Source of the DNA: an uncultured cyanobacterium
GTDB taxonomy: Bacteria; Cyanobacteriota; Cyanobacteriia; PCC-9006; JAAUQQ01
Direction of reading: 5' to 3'
DNA: 64,000 bases
NCBI GenBank assembly: GCA_963718615.1
Contig: OY970368.1
Coordinates: forward strand, 3,456,001-3,520,000
The notes under the pieces are model-generated. The model made no database searches. It saw only the letters and a list, made by a program, of their open reading frames with translations, and was not told the DNA's origin. Positions 39,301 through 48,857 of the stretch are shown one piece after another. A program made the position numbers and the translations under genes. Position 1 is the first letter of the stretch, and the number at the start of each line of letters is the position of its first letter.

Positions 39301-40533
39301 GTTCTGCCCACCGCGATCGACTGGACCCCCGATGGTTCCAAGATGTTTGTGGCGGAGAAAAGCGGCGTGGTCAAGCTGTTTGAAAATGGGGTGCTGGCGG
39401 CAACGCCCTTTATCGATATTTCGACCCAGGTGAACGATACGCGCGATCGCGGCCTCCTCGATATCGCGGTCCATCCCGACTTTGCCAATCATCCCTACGT
39501 CTACCTGCTATTCACCTACGATCCCCCGGAGGTTTATCAGCATACGGGCGATCCCCTCGCCGGTCCTGATCAAAACGGCAACCGAGCCTCGCGGCTGATT
39601 CGGGTTACCGCCAACGCCAGCACAGGCTATAGCACCGCCATTCCCGGTAGTGAAGTCGTTCTGCTCGGCACCAACAGCACCTGGGACAACTTCAATGCCT
39701 TTGCCAACAGCACGTTTGACTTCAACGAACCGGCTGCAGGTATCCTACCCGACGGCACCAATCTGCAAGATTTCCTGGCCACAGACAGCGAATCCCACTC
39801 CATTGGCTCCGTTAAATTTGGCCCCGATGGCGCACTCTACGTCAGCAATGGTGATGGCGCTTCCTACAATCGCATGGATCCCCGAGGCATCCGGGTACAG
39901 GACATCGACAACCTCTCGGGCAAAATCCTGCGCATTGACCCGATCACGGGCGAGGGGCTAGCCAACAACCCCTTCTTTAATGGGGATGCCGCTGCCAACC
40001 GCTCTAAGGTCTACCAATATGGTCTACGCAATCCTTTCCGGATCAGCGTGGATGACGCCACCGGCAAGGTCTACATCGGCGATGTTGGCTGGACCAGGTG
40101 GGAAGAGATTAATGCGGGTGCGCCAGGAGCCAACTTTGGCTGGCCCTACTACGAAGGCGGCAGTGGCGCTAACCTCAAAACCACGGGGTACCGGGATCTG
40201 CCTGAAGCGATCGCCTTCTACGCCAGTGGTCAAGTCGCAACCCCTTCGCTGTTTGCCCTCAGCCACTCCGGCACCGGAATCAACGCGATCGTCATGGGTG
40301 ATGTCTATAACGGCAGCCTCTTCCCAGAATCCTACCAGGGCGATCTGTTCTTCAACGACCTGGGCCAAGGTATTGTCCGCAATGTCAGCTTTGACGTCGC
40401 AGGCAATGTCACCACGGTAGAAACCTTCACCACGGGGGCAAATGTAGTCGTGCAAATCGTTCAAGGTCCCGATGGGGCGCTTTATTACGTGGATCTGGAT
40501 GATGGGGTCGTAGGTCGTTGGCTGTTCGAGTAG
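36367..40533 (+). CDS. Large multidomain protein: DUF4347 - 3x C-type lectin - 2x Calx-beta - PA14 - glucose/sorbosone dehydrogenase beta-propeller
   Basis: IFSHG..LYGCNVA (DUF4347); WIGLTD..EGQF.W..G....YT.W.PGQP (CTL); VDYAT..GTA...DY....GTLTF (Calx-beta); FSVRWTG, SDDGVRL (PA14); GLRNPFR, GDVG..WEEIN, NFGWP (GSDH). Confidence 0.88.
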   Translation: MNSFQVSSFGGQASHGLSTVELGLEKQLLGEMPSLQSSGGTLVFVDSQLQNYQELVEGIEDAEVIVLAGDRNGLVQITETLSQKQNLGSVQIFSHGDVGALQLGNAQLDASNLNTYGTLLQQWGQALNPTGDLLLYGCNVAAGNLGQAFVQQVSQLTQADVMASNDLTGNGGDWQLEVATGQIEAQTVLNLTTQVNYRGTLATYNGHEYLLTNASKTWVEAQAEAIALGGNLVTVNDGAEEAWLQQTFGTTESFWIGLTDEAVEGQFQWVSGEALGYTNWAPGQPDNYLLAGGEDYVALNFRTTQKWNDASSTQKYRGIIELNTPNNNAGVLGFSQSDWVFNEGEKTATLTVNRTQGITGTVTVDYATVAGTAIASQDYTAQSGTLTFAPGETQKSIQLTLLNDTLQEGDEAFTLELSNPTGGATLTPNSNGQPTTQITTQITLRDDESSFSYNGKTYRLTQGTKTWAEAQAEAQTLGGNLVTVNDGAEQAWLQQTFGTTEVLWNGMTDQAVEGQFQWISGEAVTYTHWAPGQPDDYQPVGGEDYGTLNFRATRQWNDAHGSNKFRGVIEITPGAGNPGVIGLATSNFVVNEGEQSVTVKVLRTQGASGTVTIDYSTVEEDAIAGEDFVSQTGTLTFETGEVEKSVVIPLLNDMLLEGDEAFGFVIDRPTGGATLLAPRTAQITLRDDESSVSHNGKIYRLTQGAKTWDDAQAEALTLGGNLVTINDATEQAWLEQTFGTTEVLWTGLTDEEVEGQFKWISGEAVTYTHWAPGQPDDYQPVGGEDYGTLNFRTTKQWNDANGLAKYRGLIEITDPGPVIGTGNGLRADYYDNRDFTNPTLSQTDATVDFNWGSAAPLLSMGVDTFSVRWTGQVQPLYSETYQFKTTSDDGVRLWVNNQLIIDKLVNQATTSHTGSITLEAGQKYDIRLDYFENTGNALAQLAWSSPSQTLEIIPQTQLYSDPLGPNPTLVSETVVSNLVLPTAIDWTPDGSKMFVAEKSGVVKLFENGVLAATPFIDISTQVNDTRDRGLLDIAVHPDFANHPYVYLLFTYDPPEVYQHTGDPLAGPDQNGNRASRLIRVTANASTGYSTAIPGSEVVLLGTNSTWDNFNAFANSTFDFNEPAAGILPDGTNLQDFLATDSESHSIGSVKFGPDGALYVSNGDGASYNRMDPRGIRVQDIDNLSGKILRIDPITGEGLANNPFFNGDAAANRSKVYQYGLRNPFRISVDDATGKVYIGDVGWTRWEEINAGAPGANFGWPYYEGGSGANLKTTGYRDLPEAIAFYASGQVATPSLFALSHSGTGINAIVMGDVYNGSLFPESYQGDLFFNDLGQGIVRNVSFDVAGNVTTVETFTTGANVVVQIVQGPDGALYYVDLDDGVVGRWLFE

Positions 40534-40994
40534 CCTTCACCTCAGCCATAAGTAAATCTAATCGCAAAGACCGCAAGCTCCTGATTTTTCAATTAATAGA
40601 GATTGTCGAACCCTGTGCATAGAAACTCGAAATTTCGTTGTTTTGGTGTTGCAGCTGACAAAATGCTGCAATCCCCAAACAAGGAGGCCGCAATGATGCC
40701 AAAACACTGACGGCTCTAGACTTTGCGGCTTAAATCCCCCTGTCGCTCAAAGTGTCCCGGATTAATAAGTTAAGCTTATTGATTGGGGCTACAACAAAGT
40801 CATTCTTAATGCTCAGGATTCAGCTCAAGTTTTTGCTTAGTATCAAAAATGGAATCTAGACAAAACCTCGGGCCAAACCTGAGAATTTCTGCTCTAGAAG
40901 ACGGGACAGCTCAGCGACTTGCGTTGAGTGGAGTTGAGCCATCAGCCCAGTCCTAGGCACATGCCGCTTTTTACCTTTTTGGAGAGGATCACAA

Positions 40995-41294
40995 ATGGCA
41001 AGCTACAAAGTAACGCTGGTTAGCGAAGCTGAAGGACTGAATACCACGATTGAAGTGCCCGAAGATCAGTACATTCTGGACGCAGCTGAAGAGCAAGGCA
41101 TTGACCTGCCCTACTCCTGCCGTGCCGGTGCTTGCTCCACCTGCGCAGGCAAGATCACCTCGGGTACCGTTGACCAGTCTGACCAGTCTTTCCTCGATGA
41201 TGACCAAATCGAAGCTGGTTTTGTGCTGACCTGCGTGGCTTACCCCACCTCTGACTGCACCATTACAACCCACATGGAAGAAGAGCTGTACTAA
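40995..41294 (+). CDS. petF: Plant-type [2Fe-2S] ferredoxin
   Basis: [32 protein letters not shown]. Confidence 0.97.
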   Translation: MASYKVTLVSEAEGLNTTIEVPEDQYILDAAEEQGIDLPYSCRAGACSTCAGKITSGTVDQSDQSFLDDDQIEAGFVLTCVAYPTSDCTITTHMEEELY

Positions 41295-41311
41295 GCTCTA
41301 GGGTATGGGAG

Positions 41312-41345
41312 GGGCCTAGGCGAATAACCTAGGTCCTTTTTGTTT
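41312..41345 (+). terminator. petF terminator
   Basis: GGGCCTAGG-loop-CCTAGGTCC TTTTT. Confidence 0.7.
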
Positions 41346-41448
41346 GTTCCTGTCACCCTGTTTGGAGGGACTGCAAGTTGCCTAGAGGGAGTGGGTTTTG
41401 AGGAAATCGGCCAAACGCAGGGCTATAGCCACAATCGTCAGGATCGGA

Positions 41449-42657
41449 TTAACATAGCCGCCCGTGGGAAAAGTTGAACTGCCCGCGCCCGAACAACGTT
41501 AGCTGCATCGTCTGAACTCCAAGGCCAGCAGACTTTAAGTTTTGGAAATTTAGGGCATCGCGATCGCGACTCAGCACGACTCGGTTCTCGGGGTCCGGCG
41601 ATTGTTCTAGCTGATGCCAGACTTCAAAGCGCGAAAACCGCTGCCGATTCTCTGCCAGCGCAGACCATCCCCCCCGTCCCAGATTGGGCATGAGCGACTG
41701 CCGCTGGGTTTTGGCTCGGTAAATCGCCGGGAGAATGTAATCGAGTCCCCCTAAAATCTGTTGTCCCTGTTTCAGCAAGGCTTGGGTCGATGACCGGGGC
41801 TTTTGGTCTGCCAGGGCGGGGAGCGATCGCTGGGGCATTCCTGATCCTAAAATGGATTCACCAAGGGTTTTGAGGGCGGCGATCGCATTCGTTTGCCGTG
41901 GATTCGGTCTAGGAAACAAGAGGGCGCTCAAATTAAGCAATTTTTCCCGTTCTAGCACCGATCGAGCCAGGCGCAGAAATCCCATCACGGGTGTATTTTC
42001 AACTAGGTGCAGATCGTAGAGAGCAGATTGATTTAAGAGTTGGCGATCGCGGGGTATAAAATAACCCCCTGGGGCCTGGGGATGATCATGATAGTATCGG
42101 CCCACCACGTCATGCAGATTGCCTAGACCTGCGGGTTGCTGCTGATTGGACAGCAACAACAATCTTGCATTTTGAAAACCGCCACAGGCCAGAATGAAAA
42201 CCCGAGCTGAAACCCAAATTTCGGTTCCGTCTAGCATGGTAAACCGTACAGATTTAACTGACTTTCCGCTCGAATTGACTTGAATCTCTGTGGCCGTTGC
42301 ATGGGTATAGACCGTGATATTGGCAGCAGCTTCTAACTGCACTTTTGCCTGGTGATAAAAAGCATTGGCTGCACCAAATTGGAAGATTCCCGTTTCGAGG
42401 GTTTGTGAATCTAAAGGCCAAGGCTGGACGGATTCATGGCTCCATTGTTCAGCATTGTAGGCATAGAGACCTGCCTGACAAACCTTCTGGGCACGCTCAT
42501 AATAAGGCTGCAGATGGGCTCGGTCAAAGGGCCAGCCGCTGTAGGGAAGCCAATCACGCTTTTCAAAATCAATCTCGTCAAACGGAGCGTAACGTACCCC
42601 ACGCTGACCTTCACGAATTTTGATGGACCAAATATTGGAGTTGCCACCAATCTGTTG
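41449..42657 (-). pseudogene. GMC oxidoreductase remnant, truncated at both ends with a frameshift
   Basis: Frame extends upstream of listed ORF to QIGGNSNIW..DFEKRDW..SGWP; ACGG.QNARLLL.S, LGN.HD.VGRY..DHP; no N-terminal GxGxxG, no C-terminal HH.GT; frameshift near 41545. Confidence 0.8.
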
Positions 42658-43017
42658 TTAACTGTTTCACACGCAACGAGCGCATGTCCACTAGCATGGT
42701 GAATAATCCTAAAATTTATTATAAATTTGTTGTTTAAATTGAGAGTCCAAACAAGTCTGCTGAGTGTCAAACCTTACGGAATATATCTGACCATAAATAA
42801 TTTGAGCGCAATAAATTACCCCGCCCTGAATGTATCAAACAATAGACCAGGATTTGGGGTTTCGCGATTATAAATTTTGTTTTTTTAACTGTCAATCGTT
42901 CAGTCAAGAGACTGGAAGCCTTAATGGGTCTCCCGAGTCTCTCCTGGAGCCTGGGTAAAACCAGGCTCTTCTTTTATTTAGAATCTATTAGGTAGGCTTA
43001 ATTGCTCTAAGAAGTGT

Positions 43018-43851
43018 CTACTCATCATGGCTGAAGCGACGGAAGAGAAAATCTAGGGCCTCATTGCGCAGCTCAATATAGCGAGGATTTTCAGCCAGTT
43101 GTTCGCGATCGCGAGGTCGCTCAAAGGGAATTTCTAGAATTTCACCAATAGTTGCAGCCGGCCCATTGGTCATCATGACGACGCGATCGGCCAATAGCAG
43201 GGCTTCATCAATATCATGGGTAATCATCAACACCGTACAGCGATGATCTTGCCAAATCGTTAATAATTCTTCTTGCAGCTCTTCCCGCGTAATGGCATCC
43301 AATGCACCAAAGGGCTCGTCCAGTACCAGAACTTCAGGACGAATCGCCAAAGCTCGTGCAATGGCAACCCGTTGCTTCATGCCACCGGAGAGTTGATGAG
43401 GATACTTCTTCGCCGCCGCAGAAAGGCCGACCATCTCTAGATGTTCATACACAATTTGTCGCTGTTGAACCTTGGATATTTCAGGGTAAACCGAGGCAAC
43501 CGCTAGTTGAATATTGTCAGCAGCGGTTTTCCAAGGTAGGAGAGAATAGTTTTGGAACACCACCATTCGGTCTGGTCCCGGCTTGCTAATCCGCCGTTCA
43601 TGGAGATAGACATCGCCACTGCTCGGTGGCGTAAACCCCGAGATCATATTGAGCAAGGTACTCTTGCCACAACCGGAATGACCAATGACACAAATAAATT
43701 CACCTTCGTCGACCGTGAGATTGATATTTTCAATAACGGAATAGGGGCCTTTCGGTGTTTCATAGACCTTAGAAACGTTGTGTAAAAACAAAAAAGGAGT
43801 TGTGGTAGTTGTAAGGGGGGATTGGGGCGTAACAGTATTGAGGTTTTGCAT
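43018..43851 (-). CDS. nrtD: Nitrate/nitrite ABC transporter ATP-binding subunit D
   Basis: GHSGCGKST, PGPDRMVVFQNYSLLPW, LDEPFGALD; operon position. Confidence 0.88.
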   Translation of the reverse strand: MQNLNTVTPQSPLTTTTTPFLFLHNVSKVYETPKGPYSVIENINLTVDEGEFICVIGHSGCGKSTLLNMISGFTPPSSGDVYLHERRISKPGPDRMVVFQNYSLLPWKTAADNIQLAVASVYPEISKVQQRQIVYEHLEMVGLSAAAKKYPHQLSGGMKQRVAIARALAIRPEVLVLDEPFGALDAITREELQEELLTIWQDHRCTVLMITHDIDEALLLADRVVMMTNGPAATIGEILEIPFERPRDREQLAENPRYIELRNEALDFLFRRFSHDE

Positions 43852-43913
43852 GGGCTTCGCGTGGCGCTATTTAGATTGAGCCCTGTCTCTAGAACAGGGC
43901 TTGGACAGGGCTG

Positions 43914-45926
43914 CTATGCAGCCTTGAAGGGGGTCGTAAGCGAAATTTCGCTAATTTTGAGCTCGCGATGGATCTCTAAATTTTCGAGATATTCTAGGGG
44001 GCGATCGGGATCAAAGATGAGTCCATCAAACAGAGCAAAGGGCAAACGACTACTAGGGTCAATATCTGGTAACCCCAATTGACGAGCAGCTTCTCCATAG
44101 AGATCAACACGGCGTACCCGTTCTACAATCTCTAGCCAATTTTTAGGAAAGGGCATCATTCCCCAACGGGCAAATTGGGTGAGTATCCACAGGGCTTCAA
44201 TCCGAGCCGGGGAATTAGCTTGCCCAACTTGAAATTGATGAAATCTCAAGAGCGAAACAGGGGATTGGCCATTACCATAGTCAAAGGGACCAACTAAACT
44301 GGGCCTCAGTCCCTCTAAGTTTAGCCCGCCGTACTCAGGACGGCTGAGCCACGCGATATAGTCCTTACGCTGGCGGAGATCATCACAGAGGGAACAGGCT
44401 TCTAGTAAGGCTTTAACGATCGCAATATGAGCGTGAGGATTACGATTAACCCAAGCTTCCGATATGCCAAGCACTTTTTCAGGATGACCCTGCCAAATAT
44501 CAAGATCCGTGGCCAACACATAGCCTGTTCCCTGGTGAATGGCTTCACTATTCCAGGGTTCGCCCACACACATCCCTGCCAAGGTGCCATTAGCCAGTTC
44601 CTCTAACAATTGAGCTGGCGGTAGGACTTGAATCTGAACGGATTCATCCGGATCAATGCCTTCTGCGGCTAACCAATATCGTAGGATTAGGTTCTGCATG
44701 GATGCCCCATGGGGAACCCCAAACGTAAGCTTTTGCCCCGGCCTTTGTCGAATCTCTTCTGCCAGATCCTGGAGTGAGTTTACGCCTATTTCCTGAAAAC
44801 GGCGGTGTAGGGTAATCGCATTTCCATTCCGACTCAGAACTAGGGCGGTGACGACAGGAAGAGGTGGGTTACCTCCCAATCCAGTTGTCATCGCCAATGG
44901 CATACAAGCTAGCATCTGGGCCGCATCCAAATGTCCTTGAGCCATTCTCTCGGAGAGCCTAGACCAGTTACTTTCCAAGCTCAGCTTTACAGAGATACCA
45001 TGTTTCTCAAAGAGGCCCTTCTCTTGGGCCACGATCAGCGGCAGACTATTGGCCGAAGGGACAAAACCAATATTAACGGTTTTGCTTTCTGGAGCTTTGC
45101 TGTAGCCAGCTAGGGTTGAGAGAGTTGTTTTTTGACGCTGTCTGGCTGCCCGCTTTTGTTGATTAAGAAAATAGAGTATTTGGCTTCGCAAATGATAGTA
45201 ATCTGGATGGTTAACCACCTCTAGACGATGCCGAGGTCGCTCGATCGGGACCTCCAAAATCTGACCAATATGGGCTTCGGGTCCATTAGTCAGCATGACC
45301 ACTCGATCCGAGAGTAAGAGTGCTTCATCAACATCATGGGTAACCATGATGGCTGTGACTTGGCTCTCTTGGCAAATCTGCATAAGGCGCTCTTGCAAAT
45401 TCCCTCTGGTTAAAGCATCTAGAGCTCCAAAGGGTTCATCTAAGAGTAGGAGCTTAGGCCGTGTTGCCAGGGCACGGGCGATCGCCACCCGTTGTTTCAT
45501 GCCTCCGGACAATTCATGGGGAAACTTATCGCGGGCATGGCGTAAGCCAACCAGATCAATGTGGTGTTCAATAATGTTACGACACTCAGTCAGGCCCGCT
45601 GTTTTATGAACCGTGTCAACGGCGAGGGCTATGTTTTGGTAAACCGTTTTCCACGGCAAAAGTGAATAATTTTGAAAAACAACCATCCGGTCTGGCCCCG
45701 GAGACTTGATTTCCCGTCCTTCCAATACAGCCCCGCCAACGGTGGCTCGGTCTAATCCCGCTACAATGTTGAGGAGTGTTGATTTCCCACAACCTGAGTG
45801 ACCAATCAGCGAAACAAATTCGCCTTTTTTAATCGTCAGATCAATCCCTTTGAGTGCGATATAGCGATCGCCATTCGGTAGTGGAAAAACTTTATCGACT
45901 CCATCAATTTCGATAAAAGCACTCAT
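43914..45926 (-). CDS. nrtC: Nitrate/nitrite ABC transporter ATP-binding subunit C (with C-terminal NrtA-like domain)
   Basis: ABC ATPase N-half plus C-terminal GEPW/HPEK substrate-binding-like domain. Confidence 0.9.
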   Translation of the reverse strand: MSAFIEIDGVDKVFPLPNGDRYIALKGIDLTIKKGEFVSLIGHSGCGKSTLLNIVAGLDRATVGGAVLEGREIKSPGPDRMVVFQNYSLLPWKTVYQNIALAVDTVHKTAGLTECRNIIEHHIDLVGLRHARDKFPHELSGGMKQRVAIARALATRPKLLLLDEPFGALDALTRGNLQERLMQICQESQVTAIMVTHDVDEALLLSDRVVMLTNGPEAHIGQILEVPIERPRHRLEVVNHPDYYHLRSQILYFLNQQKRAARQRQKTTLSTLAGYSKAPESKTVNIGFVPSANSLPLIVAQEKGLFEKHGISVKLSLESNWSRLSERMAQGHLDAAQMLACMPLAMTTGLGGNPPLPVVTALVLSRNGNAITLHRRFQEIGVNSLQDLAEEIRQRPGQKLTFGVPHGASMQNLILRYWLAAEGIDPDESVQIQVLPPAQLLEELANGTLAGMCVGEPWNSEAIHQGTGYVLATDLDIWQGHPEKVLGISEAWVNRNPHAHIAIVKALLEACSLCDDLRQRKDYIAWLSRPEYGGLNLEGLRPSLVGPFDYGNGQSPVSLLRFHQFQVGQANSPARIEALWILTQFARWGMMPFPKNWLEIVERVRRVDLYGEAARQLGLPDIDPSSRLPFALFDGLIFDPDRPLEYLENLEIHRELKISEISLTTPFKAA

Positions 45927-46771
45927 GATTTACTTTGTCCTCCACCGGGAATGACGAGACTACCGAGAAACCCTACGATCTTGTCGAGTAGAAGTCCAAC
46001 TAAGCCCACATAGATCAGGGCTAAGATAATCTCGCTAATCAATGAGCTGTTCCAGGCATCCCAAATAAAGAAGCCAATGCCAACGCCCCCGATTAACATT
46101 TCTGCTGCAACGATCGCGAGCCAAGACAAACCAATTCCGATTCTCAAGCCGGTGAATACATAGGGAACCGTAGCTGGAAAGAGAATTTCCTTAAAATAGT
46201 TGAATTGGGAAAGCTGGAGCACCTTCGCAACGTTTTTATAGTCCTGAGGAACCTGGTGAACTCCAACGGCTGTGTTAATGATGATGGGCCAGATCGCTGT
46301 AATAAAGATAACGAAAATGGCAGAGGGCTCACTAGCTTGAAAAGCTGCGAGAGAAAGGGGTAACCAAGCTAGAGGAGGAACGGTTCTTAAGACCTGGAAA
46401 ATGGGATCTAGGGCATCATAGACAATGCTAAAGTTGCCAATCAACATGCCAAGAAAGATTCCAACGATAGCTGAAATGCTAAATCCAATTAAAACTCGCT
46501 TCAGGCTAGCTAGAATTTGCCAGAATAGCCCAACATCAGTCCCTCCATTGTCAAAGAAGGGATCAATGATTAGGTCCCAAGTCTCTGTCAATACCTTGGT
46601 CGGTGAGGGTAAATTTGCCGTTGGACTGCTGCACAGAACTTGCCAGATCGCAAGCAAAATGAAAATGGCGATCGCAGAGGTTAACCAACGTCGCCCCTGA
46701 TTCTGAAACCACTCAGAAAATATGGAGGTCTGGGGCGATTGCACTCGATTGTTTGGAGAAATAACGGTCAT
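45923..46771 (-). CDS. nrtB: Nitrate/nitrite ABC transporter permease
   Basis: LRTVPPLAWLP, WLAIVAAEM, GFFIWDAWN. Confidence 0.9.
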   Translation of the reverse strand: MTVISPNNRVQSPQTSIFSEWFQNQGRRWLTSAIAIFILLAIWQVLCSSPTANLPSPTKVLTETWDLIIDPFFDNGGTDVGLFWQILASLKRVLIGFSISAIVGIFLGMLIGNFSIVYDALDPIFQVLRTVPPLAWLPLSLAAFQASEPSAIFVIFITAIWPIIINTAVGVHQVPQDYKNVAKVLQLSQFNYFKEILFPATVPYVFTGLRIGIGLSWLAIVAAEMLIGGVGIGFFIWDAWNSSLISEIILALIYVGLVGLLLDKIVGFLGSLVIPGGGQSKS

Positions 46772-46798
46772 GCTTAGAATTACGCGGCAATAAACGAC

Positions 46799-48133
46799 TT
46801 AGATCTTTTTGATTTTCAAACTCTCAAGATAAGCCTTGGGATTTTCAGGATCAAACTTCACCCCATCAAAGAAGGTTTCTATTCCCCGAGAGGTACTTTT
46901 CGGAATAGCAGCCTCCTGGCCAATGGCTTTAGCAGCGGCTTGCCAGATGTCTTCACGATTGACTTGGTCAATTAAAGCTTGGGTATCTAGATCCGGTTCG
47001 AAGTATCCCCAGCGAATGTCTTCAGTTAAGAACCATAAATCGTGACTCTTAAAGGGATAAGAGGCATTTCGCTCCCAGTAAGTTTGCATCAAAGTTGTAT
47101 CATTCAGAGTACGGCTATTGCCGAAATCAAATAAGCCTTTTGACCGATCGAGAATATCGGTTACAGGTACTTTAAACCACTCCCGTTTAGCCAAGATGTT
47201 ACACATCTCTTCTTTATTTTCAGGCTTGTCACACCAGATTTGGGCTTCTTGAACCGCCATCGTTAATGCTTGGGCCGCTTGAGGGTTTGCATCTACCCAG
47301 TCTGCACGCATGGCAAAAGACTTTTCGGGATGGTCTTTCCAGATTTCGCCTGTGGTGAGTGCACCAAATCCGACCTGTTGATTGACGGTTTGCAGGGGCC
47401 AAGGCTCACCCACACAAAATGCCTCCATGGTATTAGTTTTCATGTTTGCCACCATCTGCGGCGGTGGAACGACAATAGTAGAGACATCTTTATCTGGATC
47501 GATGCCTGCCGCTGCTAGCCAATAGCGCATCCACAAATCATGGGTACCACCCGGAAAAGTGACTGCAACCTTCACGTCTTTTCCTTCACTCTTTGCCTTA
47601 GAAAAGGCTTCTTTTAAGGGACTTGCATCCGTAGAGACATTCAGATCTTTGTAAGTGTTTGCCAGTTGAATTCCTTGGCCATTCACATTTAATCGGGCCA
47701 AAATATACATCGGGACAGGTTTCCCATCTGTAACTTTACCTGTTGTCAATAGGTAAGGCATAGGGGTTAAGATATGAGCCCCATCGATGCCCCCTCCGCC
47801 GGAACCCAGTACCAAATTATCGCGAGTTGCCCCCCAAGAAGCCTGTTTGCTCACCTCTACATCAGGCATTCCATATTTTGCAAAAATTCCTTTTTCCTTG
47901 GCAACAATCAGTGGAGCAGAGTCGGTTAAAGCGATAAAACCAAGCTTAGCTGTCGTGACCTCTGGAGTAATACTCCCACTGGGAGCGGAGGCCGTTGAAT
48001 TCGTGGCATCTGCTGTGCCTGTTACCGGCGCAGCAGCGTTCTCACCACCTGAACTACAACTGTTGAGCAAAACGGCGGCTGTTGCAGTTGCCCCAGTAGT
48101 CCACAAAAAACGACGTCTAGAAACTTTAGCCAT
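46799..48133 (-). CDS. nrtA: Nitrate/nitrite ABC transporter substrate-binding lipoprotein
   Basis: SRRRF..LNSC Tat-lipoprotein signal; GFIALTD, GGTHD, VGEPW, HPEK (NrtA-type; CmpA has HPEE). Confidence 0.9.
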   Translation of the reverse strand: MAKVSRRRFLWTTGATATAAVLLNSCSSGGENAAAPVTGTADATNSTASAPSGSITPEVTTAKLGFIALTDSAPLIVAKEKGIFAKYGMPDVEVSKQASWGATRDNLVLGSGGGGIDGAHILTPMPYLLTTGKVTDGKPVPMYILARLNVNGQGIQLANTYKDLNVSTDASPLKEAFSKAKSEGKDVKVAVTFPGGTHDLWMRYWLAAAGIDPDKDVSTIVVPPPQMVANMKTNTMEAFCVGEPWPLQTVNQQVGFGALTTGEIWKDHPEKSFAMRADWVDANPQAAQALTMAVQEAQIWCDKPENKEEMCNILAKREWFKVPVTDILDRSKGLFDFGNSRTLNDTTLMQTYWERNASYPFKSHDLWFLTEDIRWGYFEPDLDTQALIDQVNREDIWQAAAKAIGQEAAIPKSTSRGIETFFDGVKFDPENPKAYLESLKIKKI

Positions 48134-48232
48134 AAATCAACGATCCTCAACTTTCTCAATCTTGTTAAAGCAGACCCGGCATCTGGACAGATAAGCACTT
48201 GCCGCATGCACATCGCAGTCATGACTGTGATG

Positions 48233-48274
48233 ACTGTATGGATATCGAACCTCTGAAAGCGTATTCAAGGCTAC
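48233..48274 (-). promoter_or_regulatory. NtcA-activated promoter of nrtABCD
   Basis: Minus strand GTAGCCTTGAATAC (GTA-N8-TAC, 48261-48274), exactly 22 nt, then TACAGT (TAN3T -10). Confidence 0.85.
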
Positions 48275-48517
48275 TAAAGTCCTTGGGCAATGCGATTTCA
48301 GGATTTAAGTAATGCAGTTTTGGAGATCTTGAAAATTTCTATACGACTCTGCTGTCAGTACACTTGGGGGCAACCGGGAGCCTTAAACGCATTGAGTTGC
48401 AATATCATCATGGCAATTCTCTGGGGGATGAGGCAGGAGAGGGATGAGAGATGTCCTCGGTCGGCAGGTTGCCAAAATTATCGCTAGAATCTAAGGACTG
48501 CCTTTTGCGGTGGACCT

Positions 48518-48835
48518 ATGGCAACCAAACAACAGTTTGCAAGTTTTGACGAGATGCTGGCGAGTTCAGACAAGCCGGTGTTGGTGGATTTTTACGCCCC
48601 TTGGTGCGGTCCTTGCCAGATGATGGCGGGAATTTTGGAGCAGGTGAAACAGCAATTGGGCGATCGCCTCCAGGTTGTCAAAATTAATACAGACAACTAT
48701 CCCGCCATCGCCACTCAGCATCGCATCGAAGCCCTACCCACCCTGGTGTTATTTAAACAGGGTCAGCCCTGCGATCGCATTGAAGGGGTGTTGCGCACTG
48801 AGCAGCTCGTCCAGCGGTTGAAAACCAAGCTTTAA
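48518..48835 (+). CDS. trxA: Thioredoxin (probably y-type)
   Basis: VLVDFYAPWCGPC, LPTLVLFK.G. Confidence 0.9.
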   Translation: MATKQQFASFDEMLASSDKPVLVDFYAPWCGPCQMMAGILEQVKQQLGDRLQVVKINTDNYPAIATQHRIEALPTLVLFKQGQPCDRIEGVLRTEQLVQRLKTKL

Positions 48836-48857
48836 TGGATCATGACATCAGCCTAGA

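Noticed and set aside
42345-42770. ORFs 42345..42623, 42411..42770 and 42436..42702 as genes
   Set aside because: They are alternative frames over the GMC pseudogene, whose true frame shows clear family motifs.
43018-48133. cmpABCD (bicarbonate) or cynABD assignment
   Set aside because: HPEK/GGTHD residues, four-gene layout with long NrtC and the NtcA promoter favour nitrate/nitrite.
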